From contig JAQGDQ010000001.1 in assembly GCA_030141605.1 (NCBI GenBank), positions 2,232,001 to 2,296,000 of the forward strand: a stretch of DNA of 64,000 nucleotides. Direction: 5' to 3'. Shown piece after piece: positions 25,783-35,800 of the stretch. Below the pieces are notes generated by a model. That model searched no databases. It had not been told where the DNA came from and worked only from the letters and a program-made list of their open reading frames with translations. The DNA is from Tubiluchus corallicola. Taxonomy: Eukaryota; Animalia; Priapulida. The position numbers and the translations under genes were made by a program. Every line of letters starts with the position of its first letter. Within the stretch, counting starts at the first letter, position 1.

Positions 25783-27140
25783 GGTCTCAATCACCTTCTG
25801 TCCAGTTCACCGACAACGTAAACCACTCAGCCGTTGATTCGCAAGTTCATTTCACAAATTTAATTTCTCTTTTATACGCAGTTTATTTGAACATCCCGAA
25901 CCCGTATACGAAACGCTTGGTTCATTAAATCAAATTAGATTAGATTAAAACTTTATCAACTCTAAAAACGAAATTGCGTACTTCAAATATATTAAACTAA
26001 ATGAAATTAAAATTGATGTCGCCCTAACGCAATGCAACCTTTAAGTTAAAATTGTTTTTTAAAGGAAACTATTATGCAAAGACATGCCTCTGCCTGAAAG
26101 TTAATTAATGCTCTCACTTAGAAAAACATAATAAAATAAAATATATAAAAGCTGTCTATATTTAAAATATAAATAAATTTATATTATCGGTCTGTAAACT
26201 TAAGAATTGATATCAAGCATACTGGCCTATCGTGATCGCTTTGTTTCTGTTGTGATATAAGTTTGCTCACAGGAAATTGAGACATAAACTTACGTTGAAC
26301 AACAACTCTCTTTAGTAAACAAACACCTAAGTATGTATCTAACCAGCCGATAAACTTCAAATAATCCAAAAAACAGCTTCATAATTTAAACAACATGTAG
26401 TGACAGTTTCAAAGAATTACAAAATGCATAGACAATTAGACATGAGGGCAGATGTTTGGGTCAATCTTATAAAAGGAACTAATCCAGTAACTTGTCAGGA
26501 AACCCAGCTTTAAGACAAATGGGCAACAGCCACCAATTGAAAAAATATCAAATTACTAAAGTCAAATTATGTAAATGATTACAATAAACTACATTTTTGT
26601 GTGGTCACATTTTAGTCAAACAGTTGTTCGCTCTTTTCTTATTTGCAAAGTCACAAACAAAAACACAGTTTTAATATTGTATTACACAGTATTATAGTGC
26701 ATAATACTAATAGTTAAACTGTGACTAAACTAAAGTACATATTTTATTAGCAGCAAAACCGTTTAATCAGCAACTCGTGGATGTAAGCATTATGCATCTA
26801 TAAAAACGGAATTAGTCCATATATATCCACTAATTTACTTAAAATTTAAATTGTCATTAATAAATTCTAGAACCAGCCCAATGTCTCTCTCATAAACTAA
26901 TGAAAAGTTGAAATTTTTCTTATCAGTATGACATGCCCGGTTTACAGCTCATATCCCGAAAAAAGTGGCGACGTCCAACTTTTGGAGATGAGTGAAAAAT
27001 CACACACGGAGTCAGCAGAGATTATTAGAGCTACATCAAGTACCGCACGATACGGTATAATGGCTCACAACAAGGATATCCCATAGTCGGTGGCAAAGAT
27101 TTTCCGTATTGTAATTAGTCTATCTCGGTGTTGACAAGCC

Positions 27141-28055
27141 TGTTGGGAGCCGTTTGGACCACTGCGCCAAGTAGACCAATTGGTCTACTTGGGCTAGCCC
27201 AAGTAGGACACTAGAGACAGGTCGTGAATTCAGTCGTTAAGTGTACTGACACCGTCCGTTGTGCTTGTTTATGTAATAATAATAATTAAAAACGTTAATA
27301 CACGTTGAATAATTTATTATACATCTAATAAAATAAAAGAATTTTATTCTGAGCTGGTAGAAGGGACAATATTAAATTTGGTTTCGATATTAATGTTGTT
27401 GAAGTGAAAAAACCCCACTTTTTTGCGAATTCAACATTTGTTTAAGGTATATCATTTTTTATTTTGTCTCACTTCACAAACAGGTGATCCGTTTCACTAC
27501 CTCTTGGGCAAATAATTGTTTTCTTATAAGTAAATGTTCTAGCGATCTATGTGTCCTACATGGGCTAGCGAGCCATGTAGGACAGTGCCCTACATGTTAC
27601 AATACTACTGATAATATTAAAACTAATTATCCTTGCTTTTCTTAAATGTCAAAAATTACTTTTTGGTGTTGTGAAGGCTTAGCAGCATCTGTCTCATTTT
27701 TAAATTTGCAATTATTTCTGTAATAACTGTGTGCAGAATTTCTCTCTTTAAAGCATTAGATACTAGTTTTAATGTTATGATATATTAATGGAGTTAATCA
27801 TAATGATGAAATTATTGTAAGAAATGCATTTGTAAATTGCCAAGGAATATCCATTTCTAAAAGAAATTTTGTTTTATGCTTTATTATGTCATAACAATAC
27901 TTATAAACAATGGTAATATAAACTGGAAACAAGTTTTGCCAGAGCAAGTTTCTCGACAAAAATCGCTAGTGTCCTACTTGGGCTGCCCATGTAGGACACT
28001 ACTTTTAGCGCATCAAGTGGTCTACTTGGCGCAGTGGTCCAAACGGCTCCCAACA
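27141..28055. mobile_element. Young non-autonomous DNA transposon with TGT..ACA ends (Ginger-like), 915 bp
   Basis: Perfect 38-bp TIR TGTTGGGAGCCGTTTGGACCACTGCGCCAAGTAGACCA, 5-bp TSD AAGCC (27136-27140 and 28056-28060), and three internal palindromic CTAC(T/A)TGGGC..CCA(A/T)GTAGGAC motifs. The superfamily is inferred from the termini and TSD. Confidence 0.85.
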
Positions 28056-28066
28056 AAGCCACTGGT

Positions 28067-28315
28067 GTAGCATTGTCTAGCTTTTTTGCTGGATTACTGC
28101 TGCGTTTACCTGTCTGAAAGCAGATTTCTTTTATTTTAGAATTCTGCCTGCCTAATGTCTACAATAGACGTGACGGGCGTATGATGATGGCGTAGCATTG
28201 TCTAATTTTTTTTTGCTGGATTACTGCTGCGTTTACCTGTCTGAAGGCAGCTTTCTTTTATTTTAGAATTCTGTCTGCCAAATGTCTACAATAGACGTGA
28301 CGGGCGTATGATGAT
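28067..28315. repeat. 125-bp tandem duplication immediately upstream of SMG5
   Basis: Two near-identical units start GTAGCATTGTCTA at 28067 and 28192, each ending GACGTGACGGGCGTATGATGAT. Confidence 0.93.
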
Positions 28316-28398
28316 AATGGTCCAGCCAGGAAGTTCCAGTACCAAGCTGCAGTGTTTAAAATTTTGTACGGTGTTTTAAAAATTATTGACTAATAAAT

Positions 28399-31221
28399 AT
28401 GGAGAGAAGGGCAGACACGGATGTTACGAAACGTATTTATAAGAATATACTAGACACCTTGCAAAAACTTGAGTCAATTATGAAAACAAAAAATACGAAG
28501 GATTTGTTTTTGCCTCATGCTGTATTTTGTCGGCATCGTTTAAAAGAGGATTGTGAAAAATTAATGTTTGCTGGTCGCGCAGAATATAGTCGTAAGGCAG
28601 AGGAAGTTTTATGGAGAAAATGTTTTTATGAACCAATTCATTGCTTCAAAGAAAACAGGAAGGGTTTGATGGATGAGTTTGAACACCTTGATGAACATTA
28701 CAGAATGCATTTGCTCAGAGCAGGGGGTTATTACCAGCATTTATTATTACGCATTCAAATTGAGCATGGTATTTTTCTCGATGGTGCAACTGATTTTGGT
28801 TTCTCTTCCGATAGCAAAAGTGAAAGCAAAAAATCCAAAAGAAGTACAGATGGAAAAACATTAGAATGGGCACGTAAAGCTTGCCATAGGTGCCTTATAT
28901 ATTTAGGTGACCTAGCTCGTTATCAGGCAGAGTACGACGGAATAAGAGCAGTTTGTTTAGCACAACGGTACTATCATCAAGCAGTGTCACTTTGTCCAGA
29001 AATAGGTATGCCTCATAACCAGCTCGGTACTTTGGTGGGTGGCTCTTCTTATGGTTGTGATGCATTATACCACTACATGAAGTGCTGTTCCGTTCCAGCA
29101 CCTTTTGCTGGAGCCCACAAAAACCTTACTAGAGTATTTCAGAAGAACAGAAAAAGGTTTGTGGAGTTGAAAAATCAAACAAGAGGTCATCGCTATGACA
29201 GCCAGTGTGAGAAAGATGTACGCAGTTTTCTGGTGAAGTATATAAATGTCATAGATGTTATGTTAAATACAAGCCAAAGTGCTCTTGCTGAACTTCAACA
29301 GCTATGCAAGGACACTTTAGATGAATTCAACATGTGTATGTATTATAGTCGAACTGAACAATGTGAGCGCAACAATCAAGAAGAAAAACCAGTTATTCTC
29401 ACTGAAGACATTGTATTTAAGATGGCTGGAATATGTCTTATTACAATAGCACAACTCCAGAAAAGTGATAGTTGCCACGTGTCTGCTGCTATTGCTTTCT
29501 CTCTGGCATTTTTCTCACATGTTGTTAATCATACAGTAAACCAATTGCAAGATGCTTTGTATGATCTGCAAAATGCCAAATTTTACAAATGCAACAATCT
29601 TGTGAATGATAACGAAAAAGAATCATTTGAAGATGTGAGCGTAGAAGATGGCGAGAATCCTAGTGGAACCCAGTTAGATGAAACAGAGGAATCATTTTCG
29701 CCAAAGAAAACTAAACTTGAAAATTTGCGTCGACGAAGAAGAAAAGATACTAGTGATTCTGATCTGAGCGAGAGTGGGAATGTAGTATCTGAGAATGATT
29801 TTTTAACTGAATCAGACTCCAGCATTAATTTATCCACAGAAGAAAGTGAAAGCGAGTTGTCAAATGAAGAAGCAGAGCAACTTAATAGCATAGGGAGAAA
29901 AGCCTGTGGAGATGATAATGAGAACTTACGCCAGTTTTCCGATCAAATGTTTGCATCAGAACAAGCTGTGTATATGTGTGGACGTAGTGGTACTAAAAAT
30001 CGAGAAAATGTTGAGGAAACGGAAACAGATGAAGAAGATGCAGCATCAGACACATTAAGCGATGCAGTTGTAAAGTCAAAGAAAAAAGAGGACGACCTTA
30101 ACAACATTGTGTTACTGCTATCAAATAACAAATTGTTATCAGTTGTGAAAGTCTTTACTGATTGGTTAAAGTCAAATATGAATATTATTGAAACGTGTGC
30201 AAAGAGTTCCCAGTTACTATGGTCCAGATTTTCTTTACTGCTTAACACCTTACCACATGAATCTGAACTCTTAAAATCTGACTTGTGCGAGAATATCATT
30301 ACTGAAGAAGTACAGAGATTTATGGAAAATGGTGCAGATTGGAAGCCATTGTATGCATTACTGGAAGACAAAGCAATGCGTAAATGTAATATACTAAAAC
30401 CGGCACATGAAAACCTAGATTTCAAGCATCCACATTTGTCTATAGAGCAGCAAGTAATTTTAAGAACCTGCTCTCTTAGAAGTTTTGGTTTTCTACTGAG
30501 CAATTTGGAGGCAGTACATTTCAGCTATGACTTTGCTGAGAAAGTGTTTCTTGCAGTAGTACAGAATACTGCTGATGAGGAAGAGGACACTCAGCAAGCC
30601 CAGCAACACATGGCTGAAGTTGAAGCTAGAAGAAATCAACTAATGAAAGATATGGCACAATTACGTCTTCAGGCAGAAGTAAAAAAACTGGAAGGAAGTT
30701 TAAAATCAGTTGAGCAGCCACAACTCCCTCCATATCTGGTTGTTGATTGTGATATTCTTATTCATCATTTGGCAGACTTGAAGAAACTACTGAATAGCTC
30801 AAAATTCATAGTGATAATACCCCTGATTGTTGTTGATACTCTAGATTTACTGAAGAAGGAAGAAAGTAAAGCTAGAGTAGCCATTCGTTGGCTTGAAGGT
30901 GAACTACACAGAGGTAATAAGTTCATACGCACACAGCGACACCATGAAGGATCACAAAATCAGATGAAAAATATGAAGAAGAAAGACAAGGATGCTTGGA
31001 AGTTTTACCAAATCACTGAATGCTGTAAATACCTTGCTGCACAACAAAGTGACATTGATGATGCCCATGTAATGGTTACCATTCTGCAAGGACAAAAACT
31101 GGAAGACAGTAGTACCCGCATTCAAAATGCAATTCAGTCAGTAAATTTATCGGGGATTAAAGTTGAGTATATTGCAGATTTTTGTCGTAAACTGCAATCT
31201 TCAGGAAAGTTAGCAGTATAA
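28399..31221 (+). CDS. SMG5: Nonsense-mediated decay factor SMG5 (EST1B), single coding exon, 940 aa
   Basis: EST1/14-3-3-like N-terminus (RKAEEVLWRKCFY, ACHRCLIYLGDLARY, GMPHNQLGTL), acidic linker, VKVFTDWL..LWSRFSLLLN, RNQLMKDMAQLRLQAEV, and a C-terminal PIN domain (PPYLVVD..FIVIIPLIVVDTLDLLKKE..ARVAIRWLE) lacking the SMG6 acidic set. Confidence 0.96.
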   Translation: MERRADTDVTKRIYKNILDTLQKLESIMKTKNTKDLFLPHAVFCRHRLKEDCEKLMFAGRAEYSRKAEEVLWRKCFYEPIHCFKENRKGLMDEFEHLDEHYRMHLLRAGGYYQHLLLRIQIEHGIFLDGATDFGFSSDSKSESKKSKRSTDGKTLEWARKACHRCLIYLGDLARYQAEYDGIRAVCLAQRYYHQAVSLCPEIGMPHNQLGTLVGGSSYGCDALYHYMKCCSVPAPFAGAHKNLTRVFQKNRKRFVELKNQTRGHRYDSQCEKDVRSFLVKYINVIDVMLNTSQSALAELQQLCKDTLDEFNMCMYYSRTEQCERNNQEEKPVILTEDIVFKMAGICLITIAQLQKSDSCHVSAAIAFSLAFFSHVVNHTVNQLQDALYDLQNAKFYKCNNLVNDNEKESFEDVSVEDGENPSGTQLDETEESFSPKKTKLENLRRRRRKDTSDSDLSESGNVVSENDFLTESDSSINLSTEESESELSNEEAEQLNSIGRKACGDDNENLRQFSDQMFASEQAVYMCGRSGTKNRENVEETETDEEDAASDTLSDAVVKSKKKEDDLNNIVLLLSNNKLLSVVKVFTDWLKSNMNIIETCAKSSQLLWSRFSLLLNTLPHESELLKSDLCENIITEEVQRFMENGADWKPLYALLEDKAMRKCNILKPAHENLDFKHPHLSIEQQVILRTCSLRSFGFLLSNLEAVHFSYDFAEKVFLAVVQNTADEEEDTQQAQQHMAEVEARRNQLMKDMAQLRLQAEVKKLEGSLKSVEQPQLPPYLVVDCDILIHHLADLKKLLNSSKFIVIIPLIVVDTLDLLKKEESKARVAIRWLEGELHRGNKFIRTQRHHEGSQNQMKNMKKKDKDAWKFYQITECCKYLAAQQSDIDDAHVMVTILQGQKLEDSSTRIQNAIQSVNLSGIKVEYIADFCRKLQSSGKLAV

Positions 31222-32843
31222 AAAAATTATTGATCAATTCGTGTACTTGTAACATCTGGCAATCTCAAAAATTGGCTGAGTTTGTGATTCAATTGTTCTA
31301 TGCTGAAAATGAATTTGGTACGCAATTAACTTTATCTGAGTAGGCAATAGTTCATCTTCTTAAGATCCAAAAATGTTTGTGAATTAAAAAGGTCATCCCC
31401 TTCACTAAAAAAATATTACTAATAGCTTGGCTTGCCTCTAACATATTCTTGATTACATCTTAATTACGTAATTACAGAAAGATCCCATTTAACTCATATC
31501 ATTTAATATAACTCTATCATATGTTAAGGCAATAGTTTTAATGCAATAATAAAACATTTTTCTTGAATCCTCCATTTCTTCTGTTTGCCCTACCTTTTTC
31601 ATTGGATGCTGAAGCTGGACATCTGTAGGGAAGGTGGTTTATCCTTTTCTTTCACCTTGTTTATTACACTCTGGTTTTTGTAGCAGTATTTGTTTGTGTT
31701 TCACCCTTCTGCTTTCTTCTTAATTTTTGTGTGTTGCTTTTACACAGTAGACTGAGATAAGGTGACAGCAGTGCTGCTGTCTTTTGAGCTGGACTGCAGG
31801 TTCCAGCAAACAGGCCCCAACAAGTCCCCAAAAAAGTTCTTAACTGCAGTAGCACAAATGTGAGGAAACTAAAATGAAGCCTAGCTGTTGTAAACTTGCA
31901 ATGTTGCATGACAGAGCTCATAACAAACGTAACTATTTTATATTACCACCGTGCTTGTGGATTAAAAAGTTATATATGTAAATATGCTAGTTCATACTGT
32001 TATTTACATAACAAATTAATATTTTCAGTCTAGTAAATAAGGCCACTAAGTTATAAATTATATAAAACAAAATTGCTTGACGTAAAGGCACAACTGAAAG
32101 TGAAGCATTTGCGTGATTCAGTTTCTGTCTACTACACTGCTATGCATTTAATTTTAACTTTCTATTTAAGTGCATTTTTGTATGTTCCTTGTTGCGCACT
32201 TTTGCTGTATTCAATGCATATAGAATAAAATTAAACTAAACTATCACGAAATTATTTTTAACATAAACTTTTATCTACTTCACTGTACATTTTTTCATGT
32301 AAATAAATTATATACTTGTATAAGTGAAGCAAAATAAACATGTAAAGCTCCATAGTTTTTGTGAAGTATCCATGTTGCTCAGTGACAAATACTGCACACT
32401 TGACAATTCCACTTCATAAATTTTTAGTTGCAGAGTCCCGTTAATAACACAGGAATCAGTTTGTTGCGGTTTCAGAAATAGCATGTACACATAGTTCACA
32501 AATGCCAGTGAAACTTAGTCATTTAAAAAATATCAGTTAAATTTATCTAACATGTATGCTCGAACACCATAACTTGCATTCTGCAGAACTTTTTATCTGT
32601 TATTAACAAGAATTAACATAAAGGTGAATCCAAGTTTTTGCTGAGTTCTTACCGCTTGCACAAATCTTTTCAGATCATTTGCATGAAACTTACTTAAACA
32701 TTAGTACAAGCGAAAACAGCTACATGTATATAAGTGTAACTAAGTATGTTTTCGTTTCAAACCTCTAACATTATCACAGCAAGAAATTTCTGTCGTTACA
32801 ACAGCACAGCCATATTCAGTAATTTACAAAGCAATAGTTTAAA

Positions 32844-35800
32844 TTAGTCGACGTTGTTATGGCTTTTTTGTTTCCAGTCTTCTATTGCTTTGTCAAATTT
32901 AGAAAAGATGCAGGTATTAAAATCATCAGTCTGAAAAAAAGAGAACAAATTTCATTATCATTACAAAACTCTAATTTACTGACAAGTCCAAAATAGTGGA
33001 CCAATTGGTATTGTAATCATTCACACATAAAAATATTAACACCACTTAGCATAAATCAGTATTGTACACTCACACAACGTGAAACTACAGTGAAAGCACA
33101 GTAGCAAAAAATGGCACGTGTGCTTGCAAGTCGGCATACTTAAAACTACGTTACAATGCTTCAAAGTATAATCCACAAAAAATTTGGTCAAATCTCAACT
33201 TCTTTTTTATAAAATCAAATGCTAAACATATTGGACTTCTATATTTTAGCATGAAATTATCAAGAAAATGTTCTTTAAATACTAAAAATCCTATTTTATA
33301 ACGTCTTACCCACTTTCTGGTTAGAAACTAGTATTACAATTGTAAAAAAACTTGTATTTTCAAACTCAGATAGTAGCTCATGGAAACTGTCATTTTGCTT
33401 TAGGTTCTTCGTCAGGAAGGGGCCATCTCCTGGTGCATAGCAACAACACTTTGGCACGGTTGCTAAGTGTTTTGCACAAACGCGTCAAAAAAATGGCTAA
33501 CTTTAACAGCAATTTTCTCAAGGTTACGATTCTCAGTATCTACCATGCACCTCAAATTCAACATGAAATGGAGATTCAGCATATGTGAATAACTAGGAAA
33601 GCTTAATTGCCGACTTGTGGACGGTTTTGCTATGCAAGCACACGTGCCATTTTGATGCAACTGATTTCTATAATAAAATTAGAATGTGCTCAGAAGGAAG
33701 AAGTAGTTCTCTGCAAAAAAAAACAATCCTAAAGTTATTCGTCTATTTTGATTAAAAAAAATTAACACAAAGACAAACATACAAAAATGTACCTGTATTA
33801 GCAAAGACTCACAAAATATTTGTTCGTTATTAATAGGTTTAATAATGCATCAGCATTGCACAAATGTTCTACATATAGAGTTTATCTACCCTTCTAACCA
33901 TTAATTTTGGCGATGGTAATATACTGACAAATATATACGCATTTACATACCAAGTCACCCTTATGAGGCTATACATACTATAAGCAAATGGTTATAGACA
34001 GCGTTACACAGTTTGCTAAACAAGAATTTCTCCAGATGGAACTGGAACTAACTCGTAGCTGTTTGCCCAGGTGAAAATAACAAAAAAGTACTAAACACTC
34101 CCTCTGGGACCTCTACGAAATTTTTTTCATGAATGTTTTTTTTGTACTTGATGTTTAGCCAAGCTTTGCAAAAAAAGAACCAGCAAAAAAATTCCCATTT
34201 CTTTGGACCCTACCTTCATAAGTTTTCTTGGAAATCTGTTAGATAGTTTTTGTGTAATAGCTTACTGCCATAATGAACAAAAACAACCAAACTAACAAGC
34301 AAACTGTATTGAAGCATACCTTAGCAGAGGTAAAAATAACTAAAATCATTATCCCCCAAAACAACCCTAACCCTAAATACATATTTTACTAAGTGTGCCA
34401 TTTTTGCCTACTTTTCAATTTGTGCCATTTTTACCACACCATTTTTTCCTGTGCCACTTTTACCATACCGGTTTTTCCTGTGCCATTCTTACCTACATTT
34501 GTTGGTGCACCGCAATTTGGACCTAGGGCCCAACAAGGATCCTGGTTACCCTGGCAATTGACTTTGATGATCAGTGTCATCATAACTTTACTAGAAGAAA
34601 AGTACCTTAATTTTTGAAATAAGTTTACATAAGATATATTCAGCATAGATAATGAGGTGACTTATTTTATATATGTATGTATTTTCACATATTTTTCTAG
34701 ATAGATATGCTTGTTTGATAAAGGGAATTAGGGAGTCCAAAACCATTAACAGCTGAGCCCCAATTTTGTTTTCCACGAGCACATTTTTTTCTTGGCAGAA
34801 TTATTTATCTATGGATTAACTGTGCTGTGCATATATCTTGACCTGTGCACTATCAAAACATGCATTAATTTTCAATATCAGTTAATTTCACAGTCTGGCT
34901 TCCACGTTAAACAGAAGCTAAGAAGGGGTTATTTATATCTAGTAAATTTAGCTAAAGTAACAAGATGCCTAACAAAATTAACATAACATGTATTTTGCAA
35001 AATCTGCTCATTCACTGTTTAACCAGGTTAAGTGTGTGGAATCCCAAAATCCTACATGAAAAAACTGCTAAGTACCACACACACACATATACTGTCAAGC
35101 AGCATGACAGCTTACAAACAATGCATTTTATTATGATTCATCAGATGGATGATATGATCAATACTTGCTACTCAGTCATCCATTGGTAGCAATAAGTACA
35201 TTCCCCTGTTTACATGATGGCATAATCCACTGGAGTCCACCATATACTGTCAAGACAAACTCATCGAAACAAAATCGTGTTCAAATAAATAACAATGCAC
35301 GTGAAGCAGATCGATATGGAGTCCTTCATAGAGTGGAAGCAGCTATTGCATAAGACCCTGATAAAGATTATTTTCTAATAAAGTCGTAGATCACAACAAA
35401 TCTGCCATGGCCGTAAGAAGTTCAGATACGATTACAGCAAAAATGGACAAAATCGACATATCAATGGCTTATACTTTGACAGAAAAAAAGATGACACACT
35501 GAAGAAGGACAAAACTACTGGCCACATAAAAAAACAAGAAGAACATTACATTTTGGTTGAAGAACATAGATCAATTTATCCTGGTCACATTTTTACCTAA
35601 CATGTGCAGCTACTCTGTGGCGAGGATCTAATAACGTAGCTAAATTACATTACCAGTTCAAAAGGGTACCACACTTTTTCCATACAGCATTTATAACTGC
35701 CGTTCCTAATCCATAGTACTCAAATCTCTTTTACTACCAATTATAGCATATTTATTTTTGGTATGACACTTGACAAAGGACACTGTTTTCTTGCAATGCA

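Noticed and set aside
28181-28244. C/D-box snoRNA (ATGATGA...CTGA)
   Set aside because: It arises across the tandem-duplication junction, and has no terminal stem or recognisable guide.
29583-30503. Antisense ORFs inside SMG5
   Set aside because: Shadow frames of the real CDS.
31560-31921. Coding-like minus-strand stretch between the SMG5 and NUF2 3' ends
   Set aside because: Stops occur in the candidate frames, there is no recognisable motif, and NUF2 already terminates at 32844.
34364-34376. Telomeric CCCTAA repeat
   Set aside because: Only two units, and part of a dispersed repeat.
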